From the human T2T-CHM13v2.0 reference genome, Homo sapiens: DNA of 64,000 bases. The DNA is taken from the NCBI RefSeq assembly GCF_009914755.1, contig NC_060934.1. One strand, written 5' to 3'. Shown one piece after another: positions 30,110 through 42,400 of this stretch (the first letter of the stretch is position 1; the number at the start of each line of letters is the position of its first letter). Position numbers and translations under genes: made by a program. The notes under the pieces are model-generated. The model saw nothing but the letters and a program-made list of their open reading frames with translations. It was not told the DNA's origin and made no database searches.

Positions 30110-30200
30110 CTGTCATCCAGTCGATCTAGTAACCCACCAGTTACTCTTCGAGCTTGAGCGCAGGACTCTAGGTTTCCACTTGATGTCTCATTCTGCCAAC
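30110..30200 (-). CDS. ANK3: ANK3 exon 41 core (GWQNETSSGNLESCAQARRVTGGLLDRLDD)
   Basis: attacag|GTTGG and CAG|gtatgg; 91 nt, phase 1/2. Confidence 0.92.
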
Positions 30201-30776
30201 CTGTAATTGAAGACATTTCCAGTTCTGCTTGCTGAACACGCTTAAGAATAGCCTGTACTTTTTCTTCTGTCATCTCCTCAGACTCTACTCCTTCTTCAAG
30301 TTGAATGTCCTCAAATAGAGATTTGAGTTTCTCTTCCATCATCTCCTCATCAGGACCAGATTTTCCTTTCTCCTGCTGCTCAGAGCTTACTCCTAGTTTT
30401 CTAGGCTCTGCTGGTTTAACATCTTTTGGGGACCCAGCCAAATTTCCAAGGTATTGAGGATACTCACTCAGACATACATTCTCCAACTGGCTCTCATCTA
30501 CATCCACTGCTTCAGGCATTTCTGTTAAAGGCACTGAGTCTTCCAGTTTGCTGTCTTCTAAGGAAGCGTCTTCTGCAGTTACGACTGGAGGTCCATCTGC
30601 GGAATGCTCTATGTTCCCCTGGGAAGGCACTAGCCCATCACTCAGTCTACTAGGGGTTCTAAGGGGAGATTCTATGCTAGAGATATCACTAAAATAATCA
30701 TCTTGCTGGAAAGGGGTAGGTGGTGTGTAGTGCAACCCTGTGGGGGTTTCCAGTTCCACTTGAAGGGAAGGATAAC
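30201..30776 (-). CDS. ANK3: ANK3 alternative acidic insert extending exon 41 (GYPSLQVELETPTG...SSIT)
   Basis: Acceptor cttccatag|GTTATC; open in frame for 576 nt; internal donor TGA|gtgagt at 30468. Confidence 0.9.
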
Positions 30777-32749
30777 CTATGGAAGACAGTACATTTGGAC
30801 TGACTGGAATGAATTAGAATACATCAAACAAAAACACATGGAATGACTAAAATTATATCAGGCATGAAAAATGTATGATGAATTACAGATTAATGTCAAT
30901 AAATTTATCGGTTTAGTTCAATTAAATGTAACACAATGAAATAAAAAGCCTAGTGCAAACTCCAATAAAATAGAATACTAATTAAGATATCAATTGTTTC
31001 TGTTTTGGAAATTATGATACAATAAGTAAATATGCACACTAATCCAAAGTATGCAGACTAAATATATAAAGTTTATATATTTAAGTTTATATAAAGACCA
31101 ATATAAAGTTAGTTGTCATTACATGAGATACTTATTATCTTTCTATATTTAGCATGCGAAGTTCATACTGTGGTGGACTGAATACAGCAAGCCACAAGAA
31201 ACCAATTTTTATCATTAATTACCTACAACTTTTATATTAATTACCTACAACTTATTTTAAGAACTGTACATATGAGCAAAGCAACCTAGTTCTTCTTTCA
31301 CATGAAATTATAGCACAGAAAAACGGATTTAATCTTTGGAAAGAAATGATTGTTTGTTAGATTTTAGAGCAGTGGCACTGGGAAAAAAATTTTAAACGAT
31401 GTTAAGAAAAGGATTGAAAAAACAGACCAAGTTTAAAAGACTCCATGTAGTTTTAGGGTGTTGTACAAAAACAGATATGACCAAGATGAAAGGGTTGTGG
31501 GGTACATGAAGGTCTTGGTGAAGTCGGTGGTAGGGTCCACTCAGAACCACGAATCAAATAAAGAGAAATGATACACAACAGAGATAGTAGGAAAACCATT
31601 CGCAGGGAGCACTCTGAATATTCACGACAATGCTATGAAACACAGAGTTTATTAACCAGCCTACACAAAAGGGGAGGGGGGAACGAATCCCTTGTTTTAA
31701 ACATTGCTGCATGGACTATGGAAGCATTTTTCTGCCTCAGCAGAGAGAAAAGTCAACAATGGTCTGGTCATGGTGAGGAAAGGAAGTTTCATAAAAGTTC
31801 AACGAAGAGGAGAGACAGGAAAAAAGCAACAAACCACAGTTTCTGAATTGTTGGTCTACAAAATAAAAGTCTAATTTTTCCATCAGTCCCAGGTAAATAC
31901 CAACTTAGCTGCTGTTGTAAACTCAAATTGCTATAGGTAAGTGAACATTTTTCAGTTATGGTCATCTATAAACCAGACTCTTGTTGAAAAGCTGGCTAAG
32001 ATTAGCTGAGGTTTATAATCTGCCTAAGTGAAATTACTTCATATACATGTTTCTAAATTTCCCTAAGAAATTTTGAAAAAGGAATTTAAAAATATTAAGA
32101 TACAGCAACAAAAAGCCATTTCATTTTTGACTGTATTTTAAGGATATTCCAATTTTAAAATGTTCAAATTAAATGAAGCTTTCAACACAACTACTTCTGT
32201 TGTGTTCTGGTGATCTTTTTTATTAGAGTTACTTAACAACTATTTTTTCCAATAAAGAATATTAGAAGAATGTATAAACTATAACTTATCAATAATTTAA
32301 AATTTGATAAGATGATCTATATTTATCTAGTGCAAAAAGCATGTGGTTACTAATATATGGCCTTGCATATAAGACAAGGCCTCAAAGGGAGCGTTTTTCC
32401 AAGGTTCTATGGTCTTTATAAACTTAAAAAGAACCGCTTTTTACTTCATTACCCATTGTGTTTGTTACATGTATAACAAGTATGCTTTAAATCTTTTGTT
32501 GACTTAAACTTTTTTTTTTTTTAAGAGACAGACAGTGCTTGGCCAGACTTAAACTTTTTAATAAGCAGGAACTTTCTAAGAATTTTAAGATTTTTTCCAC
32601 AAAATATATGCAGAATTAGAAGTTAATTAGAAGTTTGTGACTCTTGTTAATCTAACTTTGCCAGTTTAAAAATGGAATACTAGAAAAATATCCTTAGTTC
32701 TTATTCCTGCCTCCACACCATCATCAAATTTTCTACTCAAAATTCATTA

Positions 32750-33054
<305 letters not shown>

Positions 33055-33880
33055 TCATTGTAGGAATAAATTTTCATTTGTGAGCCTAAGACAGGACTAT
33101 TTTGAAAAACATAGGAAGATATTTATTATGTTTTTCTTAATATTTCAGTGAAGAAAGCACAATTTACATAATGAGGAAAAAATGACAAGATCATTATATA
33201 AATTAAGCTAATGTGAAAGAGGAATTGTTGTTAGTAACATGTATGCCGACTGAATTAGAAATTATGCTGCCTTTGATATACAATAGATCAAGCAGTTTTT
33301 CCAAAGAATAAATGGCAGCATATTCATGAAGTTAAAATAACAACGAACGCTAAATAACTAAAGCACATACTTGAATGATACATTAAATTTTTTCAGTGCA
33401 CATTTAAATACCTGGTGCCACACAGTAAATTGCCATTTTACCTTACAATTTGTATACTATATGCTTACACTTTACTCAATACCTTGCTTATTTGATAAAA
33501 ATGGCTCATCGTTTGTTTTACCTATATACGAATAAAAGAGGTAACTAGTTTAGGAGGGTTAATATAAAAATTAAAAGTGACAAAAGCAATGCATTCTCTA
33601 GATATTTAACTTTTATGAAATATTAGAAATACCAACTCTTTCAGATACCTTAGGCGTTCATACGTCATGATTTATATTGTATATTTATATTGTATATAAA
33701 CAGAGGTATTTACCAAGTTTGCTCTGATATCAGAGTGTTTATTTGCAGACTCTGGCAGAGAAAATGAGAAACTAAGTCAAGCAAATCACAGTTTAGTTGC
33801 TTTTAAGTGACTGCCTTGTCTGACTGCACTTTCAAATTTTATCAAATGATTAAATAAATATGAACACTAAATTCGATTAC

Positions 33881-34024
33881 CATCAACAGGGTCATGGAAA
33901 ACATTGTTCTCATCTGCAAAACTTCTGGTGCCTGAAATATTTCCATAATCAAATATTGGTCCTTCTAGCAGTGTCACTATATCTATTCGATTAATTTTTG
34001 TCAAGACCGAAGTTAAGGCATCAG
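33881..34024 (-). CDS. ANK3: ANK3 exon 40, end of death domain (DALTSVLTKINRIDIVTLLEGPIFDYG...HDPVD)
   Basis: ttttcag|CTG and ATG|gtaatc; 144 nt, phase 1/1. Confidence 0.95.
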
Positions 34025-34926
34025 CTGAAAAGGAGAAAAAAAGGTTGAAAACCCAATTAAATTATGTTCTTTCAGTCAGCACAATATCTACACAAAGGCA
34101 TGGCTTTTGCAGCCCTGCTGGCATTTTAGCTCCTTCTTACTCCATCTCTGCAATCTCCCTATCCAGAGGACTCAGAATGCTCGCTGCTACAGGGAAGGTG
34201 TCAGAGTCTTAATCATCACTTTGTAAAGCTGTGTTCCACTGGAACAGTGCGGATGGGCCTTAAAATAACTAGATTCCTGTTGGCTATAAGGGGATCTAAT
34301 AAAACTAAAGTTTCCTTTCCTCTTAGAATGTCAAAATAGGTCACCCTCATATTTGGTACTTAGCATTTTAATGACTTTCTAGGGTCAAGTTGACACAGGC
34401 AAACCCATAATAATTTATTCCACATTGTTGTGGGTTGGCACTTGCCAAAATATAGGACTACCACCCAATCCCACCAGCCAACAAAACCAAACCCAACAAC
34501 AGTAGAGCCAACCAAGCTGAATAAAACTATTTGCTCCCCTAATATGATCCTGTCTTCCCTCTCTGCACATCCACCTCCAGCCATAGTGGTAACTTCGGAG
34601 TGTTTCTGATGACTGTGTCCCATGATTTAACAACTAAAATTATGTTTTCAGTTTTTATGGTCACAGAGAGAATGTCAGGCCAGATGCGAAAAATTCCCTG
34701 CTACTTGCTTTCCAAAAAGCTTCTGAAGAATAGAAGTTTAGACTGTTAACACTAAATTAAACAAGTATAACTTCAAAAGACTTGCTATTACCTCATGATC
34801 ACTTAGTTTTCTATATTAAAGATTACAGAAAATTACAACACTACTTGGATGAACCTAACAGTTGGCTTATCTAAAATATTACATTTATGCAGTTTTGAAA
34901 GTTAAAATAATATAATTTCGGCATAC

Positions 34927-35058
34927 TTGTGGCATTTTTTCCGTCTCTGGTAACCCATTTTTTTAATAACATGAAGCTCTGAGAAATTAAAGAATTTGGA
35001 TTTTCCACACGTATTTGATTGATTTCATCCACTGAAAAATTCAGTTCCCTTGCCAGTT
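34927..35058 (-). CDS. ANK3: ANK3 exon 39, death domain ([23 protein letters not shown]...[10 protein letters not shown])
   Basis: ttctacag|AAC and CAA|gtatgc; 132 nt, phase 1/1. Confidence 0.95.
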
Positions 35059-35315
35059 CTGTAGAAAAGAAAGAGAGTTACTAAGATTGCATATTCTACT
35101 TTTATCACACGTTTCATAAAAGTAATGCTCAATTGCCACAAAAAGAAAAGGGAATTTTATAGTCAAGCTCAAGTACAGCCTCAGGAATTAATTTTTATAT
35201 ACTTGGCTTCATAGCAAAGTAGTGACCATACACAGGCTGTGACTTAACTCTCCTTAGGTAATGACTTACAATCAGATTTTTTTTAGAGACCATCTTATAA
35301 AGATTTTTAGACTTA

Positions 35316-35452
35316 GGCTGGGCACAGTGGCCCATACCTATAATCCCAGCACTTCAGGAGGCTGAGGCAGGTGGATTGCTTGCACCCAGGATTTGAGACC
35401 AGCCTGGGCAACATGGCAAAACCCCGGTCTCCATACACACAACAACAACAGC

Positions 35453-35492
<40 letters not shown>

Positions 35493-35655
35493 CAAAAATT
35501 ATCCAGGTGTGGTGGCACATGCCTGTGGTCCCAGCTACTCAGGAGGCTGAGTTGGATCACTTGAGCCCAGGAGGCAGGGGGTGCAGTGAGCTGAGATTGT
35601 GCCACTGCACTTCAGCCTGGGCAATAGAGCGAGACCCTATCTCAAAAAATAAAAC
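35316..35655 (+). mobile_element. AluJ-like element with (CAA)n expansion in the middle A-rich linker
   Basis: About 17 CAA units at 35440-35491 between the monomers. Confidence 0.9.
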
Positions 35656-37622
35656 AAGATTTTTGGAGTTTGCAAAGAGGATGTTGGATGATTGTTTTAA
35701 TTCAGCCAAATTCTCTATAATTTGAGCAAATTACAAGATACGTAGAGGTATACAATTCATGTATATGGCACAAGAGATGCTGATAGGGTTTGTGCTAAGC
35801 AATCTTCATGAAGGTATCTTTTACTCACATAATATGCCACCCTCTATGCCTTCAAGTTTCATAAACTCCACACAGGAGGTTATATGATGACTCCAGGCCA
35901 GATCATCTTATATGATATGAAGCTACTTGAGTAAAAAATAAAAGGGAGACAGCTTTCTGTCCATCTACTCGTATACACTCAGATATACTCATATTCAATC
36001 TTGTAAATTGCAGAGTGTCTTTGGAAAGATACATATGATCTCACTATTAGTGGCTGCCTTGGAAGAGGGAAACTTAGGAGTCAGAGAAGGGAAGGAGACT
36101 TAGTTCCCACTGTATTTTTTTATATTAAAACAATTTATCAAGTGTGTATTACCTTAAATGATAACAAAAAGTAAGAAATGGGCAAAAATGATCCCATGGA
36201 AAAGGAATTGGTCAAGACTCTATCCCCCTTACAAAATACTTCCAGCAATTTTGCAAAATGCATTCAGAGGCTCAAAAAAGTCCATTATCTTTTGACCAAG
36301 TGATTCACATTTAGAAATTTACCCTGACAATATATGAGTTATATACAATGATTTATATACATGAATGTTCATTGAAAACAATCTGCATGTTGAACAAAAG
36401 GATAAGAGTTAATTTAAGGCAGTGGCTTGCAAACAACTGTTGTGATCATGGCCTACAGTTAGAAATACATTATATATCATGGTGTTTACATAAATAAAAT
36501 CAGATCTCCCCGGAACAGAATTTAGCCTTAATACACTTAAACACAGTCATTTTCTTTTATATAATATTCCATTTAAAAACAAAAACAAAGTATGAACTGA
36601 TTTCACATCTCATTGAAGCATTGTGAACCACAGTTAGAAAACCACCATCATAAGGTACATCTATTGGATATTTTTTTATGCATTAAAACCAAGATCAGAA
36701 AATATTTAATTTTGTAGAATGACACAGTTACAAATAAGCAGATTACATTGTATGTATAACATTATAAAACGTTCTTGTTTTAAAAAAAGCACATAAGATG
36801 TTAATAGTGGTTTCGAGGGACAGATATAAATTTTGTTCTCTTAAATGCTTAATATTCTTAATAATTATCATTGAGCATACAGTAATTCTAGTTAGAGAAG
36901 TTAATTATTTTAAGTTCTTCATCTCTGTGTCTTAAGAGACAATACTCCTACTGCCCAATAAGCCTTCATGACAAAACTGTATCCATTGTCTAGAGACTTA
37001 ATAAAGAGCAAAGACACTGACACTAGGAATTTTAGGTTTATGGCTTTTCGTCTGGCTATTAAGCCACATCTCCAAAAATTTACTCTGACTGTATTTGCTT
37101 AAGGAAAATAATCTAACAGTTCTAGGCATATAATAATGCAAAACAAACATTTGCTCCAGTATATTTTCAGATTACAATGTCCAATGTTAAAATATAAAGT
37201 TGATATTAGTAAATATGCATACATAATAAATTACTGTTAACTCTCAACTGCCTACAAAACATTATTCAGACCACCTATCTATCTTTTCAGAACTCCACTC
37301 AGCTCCCAACCATTAGCAGTATACCTGAGAGCAAGCAGAGACTAGGTTGATGAAGAGAGGAGGGTTTGAAATGGGGTAGTGGTGGTGGGGGTGGACGGGG
37401 ACTGAGGGCATTCAAAGGAAAAAAAAAATTAGATGAAATTGCTTCCTATTATCTAGTTTCATATTCTCCCATTAAATAGAGATAACTGTATGGAATGTAT
37501 GTTGCTAATGGTATGCAGGATGAATTTAGATGTGATGATAATGAATATTTATTATTTGGCCATGCATTAAAAAATACACTTAACCTATAAAACTTAAAAT
37601 TTCTCAGATTCATGTGAGGTAG

Positions 37623-37982
<360 letters not shown>

Positions 37983-38720
37983 ATTTTATAGAATTCAACT
38001 TTTGTGAATTAAATATATTTATTTACATGTTTATCATATTTTAAAAATCACATTTAAAAATTTTTAATTCAAAATTTAAACTTACTGTCATTGTTTTCTT
38101 GTTTACATAGATAATGCAAATAATCCTTTCCCATTATCGAAGTGATATAAGATTTTTCTTTTAAATAAATATTTGGGCAGAAAAGTGAGTTTACTTAAAG
38201 AAGAGTATCAGATAAATAAACATAGAGTTTTATGTGTATATCGTACAAAATGTGAAGAGAAGTTCACAGTGAATGACTAAAATTTGTGCAGCCTAGGCGT
38301 GGGTTAATTGAACTGTTGCCTAGAAAGCTGCCCTAAGGACATAAACCATGTGAAAGAATTTTGATTAATTAAGTCATAGGCCTTAGCTGTGTTTTCTTTT
38401 GTGCTACAAGATAAATTTGCTATTCAGTAGAAGGTTAACCTATATTACAGAAGTGACATTGTGAAGAAAATGCTTAAATTTAAGGTAAAATAAATTTAAA
38501 TTTCTATTTCTTAGTGCATATGCATAGAAAAGGCTTTGGAAAAACACAGTATACAAGGTACAATCAGTATTTATCTCTGGGTAGATAAAATTATTGGTGA
38601 TAAAAATGTTTTTTACTAGCTGCTTGTTTCTATTTTTAAAATATATATATTGAACTGCTTGTGAGTAAGACAAAGAAATGAAGAAACTAATTTGTTCCAT
38701 TCAGGAGTGTATGCACTTAC

Positions 38721-38795
38721 CTGTCCAACTAAGTCCCAGGTGATCGGCTACTATTGCCATCCTGATATCTGTCCGTTCACATGGACTCTGTGGAC
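38721..38795 (-). CDS. ANK3: ANK3 exon 38, start of death domain (PQSPCERTDIRMAIVADHLGLSWT)
   Basis: cgtag|GTC and CAG|gtaagt; 75 nt, phase 1/1. Confidence 0.95.
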
Positions 38796-39422
38796 CTACG
38801 ATTTACAATTTCTTAATTAAAATAATCATCAAGAAAGATACGATACTGGAAAATTGCTTTTAGCAGTACGCAGATTTTACAGAGAGACTAATGCTAACAC
38901 TGTACACTGAAATGTGTCCTAGTCACCTACATGAACACTTCTTTGCACATGGCTCACTTGTTTTTCACCTGCATCAGGCCAAATGTCAGACTACATGGAT
39001 GCTCAATGTAATGGGATTGAACATGCTGACGAGCTAGCTAGTTTAAACAGTTACAGAAGTGTCGTGTTGGTGAAAACACCATGATGGGATTTCAACATCT
39101 GTGCTTTTACTTTGACAGAATCATATCCATTAGCACATTAAAAAAGAAAAAAGAAGGTTGTTCATCTTGAATGACACCAATATCTTCAGCATGCTTCCCT
39201 AGCTGTCTACCGTGTAGTTTGATCAAAAGGCAGAAAGAAGAGTATATACGACAGCACATACAGATGACAATGACATAATGAGAAACTACGGTTAAGTCAC
39301 TCCACAGGCAATCACAACAGTTCATGCACTAGGGTCTACGAGTTGGAAAGTGTTTACAAACTATGCTCGTTCTCCAGGATGTGAGCAGAGTGCTCGAGAG
39401 ACCTGACTGCCTTCATTCTCAC

Positions 39423-42400
39423 CAGTCCTTCTACTGCTCCTTTTCTCACTGCCGGCCTTTTCACTCTTTGATTTTAAAGGTGCTGCCTCTGTTTTCTTAT
39501 CTCTAGCAGACTTCGTTGTAACCGAAGGCTGGCCACCCCGGGAAGTCTCGGACAACGACGTGTTTCTTGAGGTACTTTCTTCCTCATCGGACAACTCGGA
39601 CTGCATCTTTTTTTCTTCTTCAGAGAGGCGGTCCACAAGCTTTAAGGTCTCACCACTAATTCCCTTAAAATATTCAATGGAATGTTTACATACTTCCTTG
39701 AGCTGACTTTTCCTAACTTTAACTGTGCAGCTGGTGGTGGTGGTAGTGGTGGTAGTGGTGGTGGTGGTGGCAGTGGTGGTGGTGGTAGTGACACAGGTGG
39801 ATCTTACCTTTACTGGCAACTTGGATGGAAGCTGTTTGGCCTTGCCTTTCTCTGGCTGCCCTTGCTTTTGTGTGGCACATGCTTTTCTAACTGCAATTAT
39901 GTTATCCCTGTGTGTGTTTTTCACTGGAATTCTGGACTTTACATCTACACATGAAGAAGTAGTAAGGGCTTTGGTTTTCTCGGATTGACTAACCTGCTTC
40001 ATTTTACTTGCTTTAGTGTTTGACATATGGTTCGGTGGGAAGGTATCTTTTGGTGAAGTGGCCTTTATGGGAAGTTTGGATTTTTGCCTAATCCCTATCA
40101 ATTCCTTTGTTTTTTGCTGTTCTCCAAGAACTTTCTGCTTATCTCTTACACAGTGTCCTTGTAGTACCCCTGTCTTTTTTCCTGATGAGACTTTCACTGG
40201 GTTATCTTTCTCTGTGGTACAAGTGGGTGCAGAATGTTCTGTCAGAACTATATTACTCATAATGTTATCTGTCTGTATAGTGGAAGAATCCAAATTGTTG
40301 TTGTTATTAAAGTTATCTTTTTGAAAATCATGTTTTTCATGGGGCCTAACGCCCATCTGGCTATTGGCTGTATTTGAAATCATTGTTATAGTTTCATTTT
40401 CTAATCCCTGACAACTGGTCATCACCGCTTCTATCTTATCTGTTATTTCTCCAGGGCCTTCTTTCTTCATGGTCATGGTGGATGCAGAAATTCCCATTTT
40501 TATAGGCGTGCGCAACTTGGGGTCAACTTTAGAGGTGTTAGTGGCTGCTGCTGATTTCTCCAGGGAGCCACTACTGGATGTGCCTTCCTGACACTCTCCG
40601 CTGGTCGGGATGCTGGGGTTAGGTTCCACTGTAGGTGTCTCTACATTTCTCTCTAGATTGGTTTCTACAGTGGTGTCCCCTGACTGTGGCTGTGGTGTGG
40701 CAGTGACCATACTTTTATCCCCTTCCCCCTGGTCCCCTGACTTCCCTTCAGAAGTATGCTCACCAATCTGGAAAAATTGGAGCCTCTCTTCAACAAAATC
40801 CCTCTTGCTCATGTCAATTGCACCACTGCGAGTCATCTCAAACATTTTTCCTTCATGAAATGGGAAGGGGTTAGGCTCACTAGTTGGGGTACTTTCATCA
40901 GTTGGCGTTCTGGCTGGCGTTGTATCAGGGGTTGTTGCTGGAGAGCGGTCTTCTACCGCCAGCCCAAATGGCTTAGTTTCATCTTCCCGTGATTTACTGT
41001 CAAAAACTTCATCATCCCCTCGGTTATTAGACCAAGGGTCAAAATCTAGACCTTTGGTAGCTACTGTTTTAAAAGGAGTGGCAAATTCTTCATCTACTTT
41101 GTAACTGAAGTAAGTATCAGGAAACACTGATCTGTCAGGATGTCTGCCTTCCAGTGTGAAGAACTGGGCCCCTGACTTCTGATCAGTCTTATCAGGAGTC
41201 TTTTCAGATGAAGAACTTTTAGAAGGTGGCTTGTCCTCATCTGGTCCCACCTTTCCCTCCTCCTCGATAACTTCAAGTTTACTTTGGCTAAAAGAGCGGT
41301 CAGCTGGCTTCAGAATGCCCTCTGTGTTCCAGATATCTTTCTTAATTTCCATGGCTTGAATTGGGAGTTTAGAATCACTCTCTGTCAAGCCATCATCTTC
41401 ATCTTGCAGGTCATAGCCATCCAGAGAGTCGATCTCTGTGGCATCCGTGTCATGAGAAAACTCTGCTGTGGTGGCAATGGAACACTCTGTGATGGACTGG
41501 TCGTTGTTCCCATTCTGGGCAATTTCATTCTGAGGTGAATCAAGGCCAAGGCCAAATTCATTATCTTTTCCAGATCCATTACTTTCCAGTTCTTTCTGGT
41601 TGGAAGCCTTTTCAGCAGAAGCTTTGGGTTTTTCTTTTTGTTCATCGTCCACTTCCTTTAATTTGAAGGTATATTTTTTAACTGGGACTGGCTGATAAAT
41701 AGATTCGTCATCGCTTGAATCACTGACGTCTGCCCCGGGAGGAACTGGTGAAGGTGGCTGCACTCTAATGACAGGTTCAGCCAGCTGGTACTTGTCATGC
41801 TCATCTTGCAGATTGACTTCAATCATGTCAACCTCTTTTTCTGGGAGATAATGATGCTTCTTATCTGACTCAATCTGGTCCGCATCCAGTGGTGGAGGAG
41901 GGGGAAATTCAATATAGGCAACTCTGTTATTTTTGGGTCTTTGGTTAGAGTCTTTGCTCACGTCATTAGGCATTTCACGCTCAACTGCTGTTTCCTCCAC
42001 TGTAGTCTGCTTAAGGGAGGTTGACTTGGCCTGTTCCTCCTCCTCTGACTCCTCAGAAACCTCGGGAATTGGGCTGGGTTTGCCTGGTATATAAGCTATG
42101 AGCGAGTCAGGTGTCTTAGATGTAAATTCATAACTCACTTCCTCTGAACTGGGTGTTTCTGGGGTTAAAGGGCTTTTCCCAGAGCTGTCTAGAAAGGATA
42201 CTTGCTCTAGAGTATCATCTTCTGGACTACCTTGGGGAGAAGGAGGTTGCTTTTGCTGTCTAGTTGTATAAAAGGTCCCCCTGGTTTCTTGTACTGTCTT
42301 ACATTCCTGACTTATGATTTTTTTTACACCTCCTTGTTGTATCTCCTTTTCATATTGCTTCCCCACTTGTACAAAACTGACATAAACGGGTAAAGTTTTT

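Noticed and set aside
35313-35725. Poly-Cys/Leu/Val/Asn ORFs
   Set aside because: Artefacts of the (CAA)n microsatellite inside an AluJ.
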